Assembly (NCBI GenBank): GCA_964016885.1
Contig: OZ024742.1
Coordinates: 299,212,001 to 299,276,000, forward strand
Direction: 5' to 3'
Length of the DNA: 64,000 bases
Source: Eledone cirrhosa
Taxonomy: Eukaryota
The notes below the pieces were generated by a model, which saw nothing but the letters and a program-made list of their open reading frames with translations, did no database searches and was not told where the DNA came from. The translations under genes and the position numbers were made by a program. Positions 37,485 through 50,940 of this stretch are shown here, piece by piece (position 1 is the stretch's first letter; each line of letters opens with the position of its first letter).

Positions 37485-40429
37485 ATGACCTCATTCAGAA
37501 TAGGCAGCATAAATGCGCGTGGCTTGGGGTCATCATGGAAGCAGGGCCACCTGATCAACGACCTCAGGTCACTAAACATAGATGTAGTGGCCATCAGCGA
37601 GACCAGAATCTCCGAAGCACGGGCCTTCGCACCGATCTTCGGCGGCTACGGGGTATACGCATCTCCCAGCCGTCCTGGATCGGGGGAGGAGTTGCTGTGC
37701 TTTTTCGGAGAGGTTTGGATCTCGCAATACGTGCCATCTTCCTGGACCCAGAAGGTAAGGTGGTGGTGCTAGACGTGAGCAGCGGAGACGGGCAAGCTTT
37801 CAGGCTAGTGGCCGTCTATGCCACGACAGGAGCAGGGCGGCCTGATTTCTTCCGGCGTCTGGAGACCTTTCTTGGAACGTCCCGCTCTTTAGTGTTAGTG
37901 GGCGACTGGAACGGGATCTTAGATGCACGCTGGAACTGTGTGGGATTAGCGGATAGGGGAGGAGGGTGCAAGAGCCTCACCAACCTGCTCAGGCGTTTTG
38001 AACTGTCTGACAGGTACCGATTGGATTTCCCGAATGTGCCAATGTGGACTTAGACAAACCGCATCGGGTCATCCAGATCATATCTAGATAGAGTATTCTG
38101 TAGGGAAATAGATAGGTCAAGCATAGGCTGTCCACAATTCAAGATAGTCAGCTACACGGACCACAAATTCGTGAACTGTGTGCTTGACTTAGATAGGATT
38201 CATAGACGAGGACCCGGCTACGGGAAGCTAAACGCGTCCTTACCAGCGCGCAAGGCCTACAGAGACCGGATTAGCGAACTAGTTAAGCGGGTGTTGACGG
38301 GGGCCATCGTCAACAACAAGTGGTGGTTTGCTCTGAAAAGAGCGATTAGAATAGAGTCCATTTGGTTTAGTAAAGCTTTAGCAATAGATAAAAATAGAGC
38401 AGAGGGAGAATTAGTTAGACAATTAGACGAGGTGCTTAGCAAAGGCATCGCGACCGACGTAGTTGCGGCGAAATTGGCCATTGACCAATTCTTCAATGCA
38501 AAGCACAAAGGCTGCGTTGTCAGAGCTAGGGTGCGTGCTCTCAAACACGAGGGGACGAAAGCCGTTCAATGGGCCCGAGTGGCGGAGGCGCGTCGTGGCA
38601 ACAAAGCCACGATCCGGTCTTTGGTGGACCACGACGGGCGCATGCTACTCTATCCCGGGCAGATGTGTGAAGCTTTTCAGCGACACTTCGCTCAGCTGTT
38701 CGGAGGCAGCGGTGGGCCGAGTCGAGGGATGGGCTTTAGTGTCTACCTCGACGGACTGCCGCGGCTCTCGGCCACTGAGGCGGAGTGTTGCGAAAAACCG
38801 ATAACAGCCGCTGAAGTACGGGAGGCAATGACTGGCTGCACAAGGGGTAAATCGCCTGGTTTGGATGGTCTGCCCTATGAACTTTACGTACAGATGCCAG
38901 ACTTGTTCGGAGGCCTCTTGGCGGACGTCTACTGCAACTGGCAACAGAACGGGAGAATTCCCAGCTCTGTGAGCCGAGGAGCAGTGGCGCTCCTGAGAAA
39001 GGATCCGAACAAGGGGGTTAACATAGATAATTTCAGGCCCATATCTCTGCTAAACACAGAGTTCAAGATTTTGACCAAGGTGCTAGCAAAGAGGTTGGCG
39101 TTTGACGTTGGTGGTCTGGTGGGAGAGGCGCAGACGTGCGCCATTCCCGACAGATCCATCCACGGCAACCTCCACCTCATGCGATACATCGTAGAGAGGG
39201 TAGCTAGGGAATCTGGCACGGGTGGGTCCTTGATCAATTTAGATCAGTCGAAAGCTTTCGATAGGGTCGACCATCGGTACCTAGCGGCAGTCCTGAGGGC
39301 GGCTGGCTTTGGGCCCGTCTTCAGAGGCTGGATCGCTGCCATGCACAGCGACATCTGCTCTGTGGTGAGAGTGAACGGTCACCTTTCGGAACCGTTCAAT
39401 ATCATGCGCTCGGTCCGCCAAGGATGTCCCCTCTCGTCCCCCTTGTACGTATTGACTCGCGAGCCATTACTGCACAAACTGGAGACGTTGAGCGGGGTCC
39501 CGCGCGAACTAGGGTGCGGAAGATCCGTGTCAGCATATGCAGACGATGTCACCGTAGTGGTGTCAAACGCCAAACATATCGAGGCGATCGGCACTACACT
39601 AAGAGAATACGAAGCGGTGACAGGAGCAATGATCAACCAGGAAAAGTCAGTGGGCCTGCAGCTCGGCACACGGAGAGGCAGGTCCATGCCGTGCAACAGC
39701 GTAGTCGGGCGCTGGACGCTCAGGCTACGACATCTCCACCTCTTCCTCGACGGTGATCAGGTGTGGTCGCCGTTTGCTAGACGCGTCTTTCCCCAGCTCG
39801 TTTCCTTGACTGAGCTGCATTCCTGGTTCAAGCGAAGACCGAGAGGGAGCGCTTGGATACTGGAATGTCTTCAGGCGCTCACAGCCTTCGGAAGAACTTT
39901 CGGGCCGGGGCCTATGGACAACTTCCAGAAATCCCTGGCCTGGCGGTGCTCCCAAGGAGCCTTGCCAGTTCGGGATAAACTCTACAGGCATGGAGGTGCC
40001 GTCAGCTGGGCATGTCCGAGATGCGCGCAGGGCGACGAAACCGTCCTGCACGCACTCGTCCAGTGTCCGAGAATTGCTCACTTGTGGGTTTATGTCGAAC
40101 ACCTGCTGTCGCGTGTAGGACGGATCCGGCTATCAGCTGAGTCCATCGTGAAGATTGCCCGGCCCTCTTCCTTTAGCCGGGAAGGGCAGGCAGTTTTTAT
40201 CTGTCTGGTGGCCATGGCGAAAGAGATAGTATGGTGGACACGTTTGAAAGGGCTGAAGACGAACACTTACCTCTTCGGTGATGCCCTGATTGACTTTTTC
40301 AAATTTCATTTGAAAAGGAAAATCAGGGTAGAGAGGGAAGTGCTCTCTTCCCAGCATTTTGTTGAAAGATGGGTGAGAGAAGCAAGAATGACCCGAGTGA
40401 ATGGGCCTACTCTGTGTATGTGTCTGTAA
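37485..40429 (+). pseudogene. Tx1-type ORF2 (AP endonuclease, RT, zinc finger)
   Basis: GSINARGL, VAISET, LVGDWN, GKSPGLDGL, NFRPISLLN, DQSKAFDRVDH, VRQGCPLS, AYADD and CPRC...ETVLH. Frameshift near 37670, stop at 38051, and an internal deletion near 39715. Confidence 0.9.
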
Positions 40430-40690
40430 ATTAAAGGTGGAAAACTGGGAGAGGACACTTGCCCTGGTGGTCAGGGTCACTGTGGCCTTTTAATGGGCTT
40501 TCTCCACAAATGTCCCTCCGAAGTCTCCCTCCTATTGGAGAATTTTTCTTTGTTATTTTTTATTACATCCTCTGTTTTTGTTTTTTACACGCAGAAATGC
40601 CCATTTGTACCGTCCTGTATTGTCCTGTACTGTCCTTAATGTCTACTTTATGTAAACCCTTGTGGTTAATAAAGAAGCAATTATTATTAT

Positions 40691-40864
40691 TGGCAGTATC
40701 GGTAGAGGGTTGGATTATGCTTTCCAGCATAGTTACGTCCCTTTACGATCTGAGTTCAATTCCCGGCGATGTTAACTTTGCCTTTCATCCTTTCGGGGTT
40801 GATAAAATAAAGTACCAGTAATGTACTGGGATAATTGCTGGCCTTGTGCCAAAAAGTAGAAACA

Positions 40865-40910
<46 letters not shown>

Positions 40911-41105
40911 GGGATTGGCAGTATCGGTAGAGGGTCGGACGCCATGCTTTGACGCATAGAGTTACTGCGCTTGCCATTCTGAGTTCAAATCCCGCCAAGG
41001 TTAACTTTGCCTTTCATCCTTACGGGGTCGATAAAATAAAGTACCAGTAATGCACTGGGTATTTTGCTGGCCTTGTGCCTAAAGTAGAAACAATTATTAT
41101 TATTA
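40691..41105 (+). mobile_element. Two head-to-tail tRNA-derived SINE units separated by (TTA)n
   Basis: TTGGCAGTATCGGTAGAG (A box), GAGTTCAAATCC (B box) and the central domain GCCTTTCATCCTT.CGGGGTCGATAAAATAAAGTACCAG. Confidence 0.85.
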
Positions 41106-41107
41106 TA

Positions 41108-41159
<52 letters not shown>

Positions 41160-42279
41160 GTGTATGTGTGTGTGTATGCATGCCTGTGTGTATATGTGTG
41201 TATGTTTGTGTGTTTTTGCGAACATAATAATATTTATATATTGCCTCTGATTCCAACTTTTTATTGATTTCCACGAATATTCGCCCGCTACTGTATAAAA
41301 ATACGAGATTGTTCACTGATAGATGATATCGATCTTTTTGATGTTCTTTAATACTGAAAATATAGACGAAGTAATAGAAATATTTGTTCAAGGAATCGCA
41401 TTTAAATCTATTAAATGGTTGCCCAGAAGTTTGTGGAAATTTCGTTGGGGAGAAAACTGTAACATTTGAAGGAGAGAAATTTTATGTTTTCCAGGTCAAC
41501 AGAAACGTGAGAAAATCTTGTGAAAATCAGCAGCTGCGTAACGTACGTATTTTATTACATTTGTTGAAGCATTTCATTGGCTTAATTTAATGTCTTTATT
41601 TGATAAATAAAATAATTGTTCTAAACATTACATCTAAAAGTAATTATTTCAATGTGCAGAACAGATAACAATTAGAAATCATCTGAAATATATAAGCTCA
41701 CATTTTTTAATTGTTTATATTTTGCGACTGATATACATTGTTGTCAAAATGAATACGATATACGTAGTATAAATAAAAATACATAAAATGGTATACAGTA
41801 AAATTTCTAAAACTAGAAAACCAGATATGATTTATATCGTATATATGAGTAGATAAGTAGCATTGTCTTTTTGTATTTGAAAGCGGCAGGATAACATAAT
41901 TCGGTAGAGTAAAGAACACAATACATATTTTGTCACGTTCTCAGTTCAAGCGTACTGTTTTTTAATATAATTGAATGTCTTTAACTGCAACACGTATGAG
42001 CTCATACACATACTCATATACATACATGACAATTGAACACTAAAGGCCAGAGATGTATTTCTATTGCTCAGCTAAAGCAAGTTCTAGTTACGTTTAAACT
42101 TCGTGTAGAGACTTTCCTGACTTTCCAGGTTTTCCTGACATGATTTTTCAGCTATGGCATTTATCTTTTGACTCAACTAGGCAGGTCAGTTCATTGCTAC
42201 TTTGTATAAAACATTTTTATTCTGTACACTAGAATGTATAAAACATTTTTATTCTGCACACATGGCAAAAACGTAAAAC

Positions 42280-42660
42280 AGCAAGCATGACATCATCATT
42301 CGTACCGTTTCTGATATCAAGGATTTAAGATGATTTGTCATTAATACCTTCATGAAAAGACAAGATGGCATGCAACATATTGTCTGGCATGCTAAGCGTT
42401 TTAAGGTTTTTCCGGAAATCTTTGCGATTAACAGTGTCAAAGTCTTTGGTTGAGTCGGCAAAGACTATAAACTGTTCCTGGTTTTTTCACGAACATTCTC
42501 TGCAAACTTGCGAAGGGAGAAAATCACGTTAATATTTCCCCGACCTGTGCGAAAACCACATTTATTTTGAGTCTATATATCATCAACAAGTCTGGATGTA
42601 ATTCAGTTGAGAATGACACGGGTATATTCGACATTTCAGATTTCCTGAAATAAGCGAAGA
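42280..42660 (-). pseudogene. Degenerate RTE-type RT fragment
   Basis: Minus frames give CGFRTGRG...IFSLRK and D(S)TKDFDTVNR-like remnants. Confidence 0.5.
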
Positions 42661-42814
42661 AGCTTACGAACTAGTTTTTGATCACCATATTCGAAAATTT
42701 CAGTCTGGATACCATCGTTAACAGAAACCTTAATATATTTCAGATTTCAACGTATATATATATATATATAGATATATATGTAGGACATATTCAGTAACAT
42801 ACATATTCTCTAAT

Positions 42815-42869
<55 letters not shown>

Positions 42870-42875
42870 AATAGG

Positions 42876-43064
42876 TGTGAAATCTGTCATAGACAAAAGG
42901 ACATATTCAGTAACATACAAAGGTATACATATTCTCTAATACATTCACACACACATATGTCATATGTGTGTGTGTGTGTGTAAATGTGTGTGTGAATGTA
43001 TTAGAGAATATGTATACCTTTGTATGTTACTGAATGTGTCCTTTTGTCTATGACAGATTTCACA
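42876..43064. repeat. Inverted repeat with ~80-bp arms around a (CA)/(TG) centre
   Basis: TGTGAAATCTGTCATAGACAAAAGGACATATTCAGTAACATAC... and its reverse complement; a partial direct copy lies at 42782..42825. Confidence 0.85.
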
Positions 43065-43617
43065 ATGCTTGAATAGATTCTTAATCAACACGACACACGA
43101 CACACTTCAGGTGTTTGTTTGGCAGTTTGAACTGAGATTTACTGAATTGATTTCAATAATGTGCTTCATAGTTAAATGGCCGCAATATTTAAAAGAAAAA
43201 AACATAATGTAGAAAGTGAATTAAGTGGACACTGACTGTTATTTTTACATCAGCACTGGCATGAACAAAATCCTGTTCGACACAAAGAACTAATGCTGTA
43301 GCATCGATTTAGTCGCTTGAACTTCTAAAATTAGCAGTCAATTATTCTTTAAAATCTTCCCTACAGTCCATTCACGTCAGTTAGAGCTGACTGGAGAAAC
43401 AACAGTAATAAATTGTAGTAAGTTGCTTATCTATGTCTACCATAAAACTAATTCCAATACTATATTTATTAAAAATAAAGTCACAGTCGTTTATATTGGG
43501 AGAGGGGGCATCATGCCTATGGTAGAAATGCCGTGAGATGGAATGGCAGATGAAGCGTTTATAACTGGCTTTTTCGATGAGATGCAGCTGGGATATATCG
43601 TTTAGCTTCCTCCATTT

Positions 43618-43686
<69 letters not shown>

Positions 43687-45929
43687 CCTCTCCTCTCTCT
43701 CTCTCTTTCTCTCTCTCTCCCTCTCTTTCTCTCTCTCCCTATATATATTTTTTTATTTTTTTAATTTTTGGTGGGGCTATAATTTTGTAGATAAATGAAG
43801 CGTTATCAATATATGTAAGTGCTTCAAATCATGGACTGAAGCCTCACACACTCGCTACCTCTTTTACAGTGTTTATCTAAAACATTTGGTCTCTAGGTAT
43901 TTTTCACCCTTAGTACAGTGAGATTAAACCATGATTGATTAAACGTGATTGTAAAATGAAATCCTTAACCACAGTTATGACTGCATTCACCTATACATAA
44001 ATTTAAGAATTGGCAATACACTACGTAAGCGTATTCAAGAATGTTCATAGAATTCAAAATTTGATAAGCATTTTTAAATATCTATGTTAATTATATTATA
44101 TTAATTATAGAATATATTTTGTGTTTCTTGAGAAAACAAATACAATAAATTAATTTTCTTTAAAATATAAAAAAAATTCTACCGCATAATTATTCACATT
44201 TATATACAATAGTTGATTAAAACTTTATCAAAAACTTTATAACAAAATTATGAATAAAATATGCTTAAAAATCTGCGTTTGCAAATATCAAGTAATAAAC
44301 AATGCTAAATTTTATAGGTATTCAGTAAATTTGTTTAAAATAAATTATATAAAATAAATGAATGATTGTAATTTCATAACAAAAGCTAATTATTTTAAAC
44401 TTCTTGAATAAAAGTGTAAATTACATCTAGACATATCGGAGTGTGTTTGAGAGATGAAAATAGCGAATAATTTCAGGGCCTTTGAGAATGCTGGAAGGGA
44501 AGAAGGTATCCTGAGACCAGAGACTAGGCCCGAAATATTCAAACAGTATGGTTTATTTTATGACATTTTAGAAATGCACAAATCTTTGTGGCACGTTTCA
44601 TGACAACAATTTGATATGTTATTTGGCTATTTGAAACATTTTATAAATATTTTAGTCCTTTAACAGCAATTCACCTTGTTCCTGCATTGCTGTAGTATGT
44701 AATACATGTAAACTTACTGCACAAATTTAGATTTAGAACAACACAAAATCAGATCTAGAACTACAAAGGCAGGGTCCAACTTCACTTTAAAATGATTACT
44801 GAGTACATTCAGCAAAAAAATCCACATGAATCTTGTAATAGGATTAAATTAGCCAAAGGATGTTGTCACACAAATAGAGCATTTCAACTCGGAACACAAA
44901 CAGTTGGTGCCAATATTGTTAAGCATCTCATCCGACGCTCTTACAACTCCGTCAATCCTTCGCTGAATTTGAATGCTTTAACAATTCTGCTAACTCATCG
45001 TCATAGATAAGAACTTTATCGTCTTGAATTGCTCAAAGGCAAATTTTACCTTGGCGTTATTGAACAGAGAGCGCAGAAAGGCAGAAAGAATACTTCAACA
45101 CATTTTATAATTCAAATTATTGACTCTGTTAAATCACATTTAAATATGAACATTCGTATACAATGCTATAGACTATACAGATTGAAATCCATTGTGTTTA
45201 CTTCTTAAATATACCATTGTAGACGACGAACTGAATATAGACTGTGAATGTATTCAGATTACTTAGAAATAACAGTGTTGCTCTTCTTCAAATTATATAG
45301 AGTTTAATCATTATTCGAATAGGAAAGTTTTTGAATCTTTGTTGTTACATTGTTAGATACATCATGAATTCGTGGACTCGATTTCTGGATCATGTGGTGT
45401 TTGTGTTCTTGAGCAAAACAGTTTTGCGTAGCATTTCATAATTAAAACACGCGAAAACCCTCCTGAGATGAAACCTCGTACGTGGCCAGCAAAACATGCA
45501 ACACATAGCAAAACGCTTTCATCCACACAAAATAATATATCTTCATATGCTTCGAGAAGTGTGTGTCAAATCAAAGAAGCAACCTCGTTGTGAAATTAAC
45601 ATGCACATAGCTGAGCATTCCACAGACACGTGTACCTCTAACTTATTCCTCATACAAATTCATTGGGGCACAATGTGAATGGTCCTTTGAATGGTTTGTA
45701 CAATTCATCGATGGTCTTCGGGGCTTTATGATTACAAAGTGAATATATTGTCTCAGGTAGCTCATATTCCACCTAGCAAACAAAGGAAACACTAAATCAA
45801 CGCCAAAAACAAAAGCAAGATCTCATATCACAGCATCATATACAATGTGTCTCTAGTTGGAAATTTAGATTGAAATGTCAAGTGTACAGAATCGGGAGAA
45901 CGTCGGAAAACATGTTTTACATCATAGAG

Positions 45930-46080
45930 TTTCGGCTCTTTACGTACTGAGTTCAAATCCGGCCGAGATTAGCTTTGCCTTTCATCCTTACGGGGTCGAT
46001 AAAATAAGGCACCAGTAAAGCACTGGGATCGAATTAATCGACTTTCCCCTTCCCTTCAAATTGCTGGCCTTGTACCTAGC
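45930..46080 (+). mobile_element. SINE (same family as 40691)
   Basis: GAGTTCAAATCC...GCCTTTCATCCTTACGGGGTCGATAAAATAAG. Confidence 0.75.
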
Positions 46081-46243
46081 AGATTTCTGGCAGATTTTAA
46101 GGCGAATCCTTTAAACTATGGCATATATATTATTATATAAACGGAATACTTTTTTAGCTAATTTGAAATTGAGAATTTTCATGTTCGGAGACAGCCTTCA
46201 TTAGGATATATACTGCAAGCACGATCATAAATTGTATGAGTTG

Positions 46244-46313
<70 letters not shown>

Positions 46314-46938
46314 ACTAGCCGAATATTACCCGCGCCTTGCGGCGGTTCACATATTTTTTTGTAAGAAAATGATGATTGATTATAAATCAGTGATACATTT
46401 TATGGAGAAAAACTCTGCATTTCAATATTATTCAATGTAAAATGTAATGCATGAAAAATTGGAAAATATTATTTTTTGTAATATATCAAATCAAAATTAC
46501 ATTAGTAAATCTTATTCTTATTTTGTTTCTTGTAAATAATTTTTTTCAAAATATCAATTCAAAACTTTTGTTAATAGGCATCATATCTTTTCCTTTACCT
46601 ATGGTTTAAATTTCAACCAGGGAACCCTAATAGAGGGTTAACCCCCATTAGGATGTCTTATTATTATTGAAATTTGCTGAAATTTTGTGAATAGGCATCA
46701 TATCTTGTCATTTAGCTATGATTTAAATTTCATATGAATCGAAGGGAAAAACTTTCAGCGGGGGGTTTCAGCACCCCCGGGGAACCCTTTGATTAAAATG
46801 AAATATACTTGTCCAGGTACCCTGGGCAATGTAGTTTCAGAATATATAAGTTTATAGAGGTCTATCTCCAAAACCATAGGAGGAGTTCGTGAACAAACAA
46901 ACAAACGAACAGACAGGAACTACAACTTTATATATATA
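46314..46938 (+). mobile_element. Non-autonomous Helitron-like (Lep1/HINE-type) element
   Basis: Starts ACTAG...TACCCGCG, ends with an (ACAA/ACAG)n microsatellite then ACTTTATATATA, and is inserted in (TA)n. Confidence 0.55.
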
Positions 46939-47218
46939 AATTGGTTATTGATTAGGCGATACCCGCTGATGAAGCCACATAAGCCGATTGTGCATTGTTG
47001 CATACTATATGCAGACGGATTGTGCTGTGCACCTTACTGCTGCATTAGTGCGGCCGAAACTCGAGTCCGGGAACTATTATAGGCGTCCGTTTTACGTGTG
47101 TTGTATTGAAGCGAATAGCTATGTGTATACCCTGGGAATGTATCTCACATTGCCCATGGAGTACGCTGAGATACAACCGGTCCTGGCATTGATAAATATG
47201 CTGAGTTAGTCAACTCCT

Positions 47219-47222
<4 letters not shown>
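46939..47222 (+). mobile_element. ORF-less hammerhead-containing island between (TA)n tracts
   Basis: Relatively GC-rich ~280-bp segment containing the HHR at 46962..47071. Confidence 0.6.
46962..47071 (+). ncRNA. Type I hammerhead with a large insertion in loop II
   Basis: CCCG-CTGATGA-AGCC...(~75 nt)...GGCC-GAAA-CTCGAG-TC-CGGG. Stem III is the palindrome ACUCGAGU and the triplet is GUC. Confidence 0.75.
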
Positions 47223-47271
<49 letters not shown>

Positions 47272-47319
47272 GGTATGTATGTATGTATGAATATATATGT
47301 ATATACAGTATATATATGA

Positions 47320-47350
<31 letters not shown>

Positions 47351-47436
47351 ACAGAGAATATAGAGCCATCAACTAATTATAATATATATATATATATATG
47401 TATATTATAATTAGTTGGTGGCTCTATATTCTCTGT
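47351..47436. repeat. Palindrome centred on (TA)n
   Basis: ACAGAGAATATAGAGCCATCAACTAATTATAATATA / TATATTATAATTAGTTGGTGGCTCTATATTCTCTGT. Confidence 0.85.
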
Positions 47437-49406
47437 GATATACTAAGAAAGATCAACCATTAACAAACTAAAGCAATTAGCTATTTTTATTGCTAGGAAA
47501 TATTCTTTTAAATAATCGACTTACTCTAAATTATCACAATAGTGATTCACATACGGCATTGTGTTGTTGCTTTCAGATCATTGATTTTTGTAACATACTG
47601 AGTCGTCTTTCATCCTCTTTATATTCTAGGTGGGTCTTTCGTTTAATAGTGTAATTACAACTTGCACAAGGAAATTTGCGATACGAGCGTCTGTGAGAAA
47701 ATTGGATTTCTTTTGCACTTCTTTACTTCATACGTATCAAGTTTTATCTTGTTAATTGTTACTAATTAATGTCACAGTAATAGTAAATGTGATAAGAATA
47801 GAATCTCATAACAATAACTCACTTGATCTGTATTTTTCTTATTAATGGGTGTCTGGGTTTTTTGTTTAGATTAAAATTACAGTAGAAATACAACGGACTC
47901 CAATTTAGTTTGCAGAAGTAAAGTTTTATTGCACTCACCTTCTAAAGTGAATTAAAGCATCAATTAAATTAACGTGAACTAAATATTAAAGCAAAATAGA
48001 CAAATTATAAACTAAAAAAAAAAAAATCAATCATATAACACCGTTTTGTATTGAGTTATCACAAGAACCCACTTAATATTTACATCTGCATTTCCGCTAC
48101 GAGGGACATGAAAGGACTTGACGACGACGAGTACGAAAATGAAGACGTTGGTTAAGTCCCAGATTCTTGACATCTTCCACTGTTACAGACGGCATTGTCC
48201 GGGTTTATAACCAAAGTGATAATGTTTGAGGTCGATCGATTCTTCCGTCGGCCAACACTGTCTCGGGTGACTGAGGTCTACCTCATAGATAGACAATGGT
48301 ACGTGGGTCAATTCGGTGCTCAACTAATCAACTGGTACCCTTCTTGTTGACGGGTGCGTTCATATTAGCGTGGCCCTGTGGCTTGGCCTCCACGTTTATG
48401 AATCGCACGAATGCTGTTGTGGAGCTACGATAGATGAGCGTGAAGTATATCCACTATCCGGTCGCCACAGTGTAGCTCGGCTTGATTGACGTCATCAAAG
48501 GGAGCCTTGACACGACCCATTTCCCATTGTAACTTGAGCTTGCCAACCGCGATCGTTGTGAGGGAAAAGGTCCAAGCGGAATAACCCATTTCCTGTTCGA
48601 GGAGGTAAAACTCGGAATTGATTGCAGCTTTAAGATGGGTATAATAAAAACATTATTCTGAGATGTCATTTAAAAGAGGCTGAAACTTATACAAAGTTTG
48701 CTCTTATACATGAAAATGTAATATTAATCATCGATTAAGATGGTTTTTTCCCCCCACTTGATATTTAATTCTCATCTATTTTGTTATGTTTCATGACTAA
48801 CTATAATTTAACGCACGTCTGTCTCAGCAGTGTTTTATTTGAAATTGAACTCGATGTTTACGGCTGAATATGGAAGATTTAATAGAGTTTCAGTATCGGT
48901 CAACCATAAAGGAATGTATTGTGCAGTATAATATTCCAGGGGAAATTGAATATTATATATAGAAAGAAAATATAATCTGTATATATAAAAATAGATAAAT
49001 CAGCTATCCTTATTAAAATTATTACTAGAATCAGATAGGCAAAGATTTCTTAAAGAAGATGATTATTTAGATATTGGATTCTCTTCTCCGTTTAAAGTAT
49101 TCTCTTTATATTTAACTGATGAGACGTTTCAAAAGATTGAATAAAACCACTCAAACATTCGGAATGATGTGTTGCGCTTTACCTAGTTGAAAAATGTTAG
49201 AAAGTATGGATGGACACATACATAAATCTATCCATCCAACTATCCTTACATACGTACCTATCTAAATACATACATATATACATACATAAATACATACATA
49301 CCCACATACATACATACACACATACATACATGCATGCATGCATGCATGTATACATACATACATACATACATACATACATACATACATACATACATACATA
49401 CATACA

Positions 49407-49439
<33 letters not shown>

Positions 49440-49769
49440 GTGTGCATGCGTCTCAAACTCTTATAATAACAAAGAACTCTCTATAAAAATTGAAGCGAAC
49501 CGAAGAAGGTTTATACGTCTTATGTATTTAGGTAATTTATTTTTTTAAATAGTATGGTGGAATTTGAGCAAGATTTAGCTGCTATTTCTAAAAGGTACAG
49601 TGGCCACATCCAAACTTCTACAAATAATGAACATAATTCCGGTGCCTATTATGATTTTTTTCTTGTTTAAAACTTAATTATTTATAAAGGAAAACTTTTC
49701 AGAAACATACACATTTTTGTATTTTGAATGAAAATCAGTGCTACGAAAGCTGGGACGCTCGTCCACTCA

Positions 49770-50450
49770 AAGAAGCCTGCACAGAGCACTCTATATGTAA
49801 ATGAAGTTCCACTGAAGCAGATAGAGAAGTTCAAGTATCTCCGGGCCATGTTCATGAGTGATCGAAGGCAGGAGACTGAATTAATTGCATGAATGGCAGG
49901 AGTTGGTGCTGTAATGCACCAGCTTCAGCATTCAGTAATCAGACGAAGAGAGATAGGCGTAAAAGCCAAACTCGTTACTTTCAATTTGCTATTCGTGCAA
50001 ACGGTTATAGTCAGGAATCTTGGGTAATGACCAAATGAATACGAACGCAAATAGAAGCGGCGGAAACGGGGTTCCGCAGAAGGGTCTGTGGAGTAACGTT
50101 ACTCGATAGAGTGCGTAGCTTGGGGATCGGATAATCACTCTAGGTAGAGCCGCAACTTCTCCAAATTAAGAGATCACAGCTCCGTTACTATGGGCATGTT
50201 GTTAGAATGTCACAGAAAAGTATCGCTGGACAGATTTTACGGGCGAAACCAACCGACAGGTGACCCTAGTGTAGACCCCCGAACAAAATGGTCGGATAAG
50301 ATTCAGCCGGATCAGCTGGAGACAGTTTTGGAGGCAGTACCCATTGGAAGGAATGTTTGAGGACTCTGCCCTTACGGCCCTCTCAGGAATAAGTGGGCGA
50401 TGAAAAAGAATAATAATAATAATAATAAGAAGAAGAAGAAGAAGAAGAAG
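49770..50450 (+). mobile_element. RTE-clade LINE 3' end, degenerate
   Basis: LKQIEKFKYL, QESWVMT, EAAETGFRRRVCGVTLLDRVRS and RSQLRYYGHVVRM; (TAA)/(GAA) tail. Confidence 0.8.
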
Positions 50451-50940
50451 GTTTATATTTTCTTACGGTATATGACAAGTTAATGTTTAATGCATCAACT
50501 GATTCCTTTATTGATTAATGTTTTTATCCAAACATATCAGACATCAAAACATATGCTTTTAAAAATAAATACATTAGGTGAATGCGTCATGTTATTTCAG
50601 GTTTAGTGACATTTAAATTTAGAGGAGAACCTTAGATCCATTTATTGGTAAATGTTCTAATTCCAATAAATCAATTTGTGATGTTTTGAGAAGAAAGCAT
50701 ATGGTGGATATTTAAAAATAACTGCATTTTATATTTACATCAACAAAGATTGGAAATGTAAATCTTCAAAAACATAATGAACGATATAAAAGTATAACTA
50801 TGCAAAATATTGAATATTCTGACATTTTCTTTTTCAAAAATGTGTAAACAATTTTGCATAACATAAAATAACTTTCTTCAATTTGAAATAAAATCTAATT
50901 CTTTGAAATATTTTCTGTTTTCTTATTTTAGACGACACAT

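Larger units (their letters stand above)
35093..40690 (+). mobile_element. Near full-length Tx1/L1-clade LINE, inactivated
   Basis: ORF1 with a CCHC knuckle and ORF2 with APE-RT-zinc finger. AATAAA and (TTA)n at the 3' end; (TTA)n on the 5' flank. Confidence 0.9.

Noticed and set aside
44443-44546. TGTTTG ... GGGCCT/AGGCCC-GAAATATTCAAACA possible hammerhead
   Set aside because: No CUGANGA box adjacent to stem I and stem II.
49116-49135. CTGATGAGACGTTTC
   Set aside because: No GAAA box or closing stems in the correct order on either strand.
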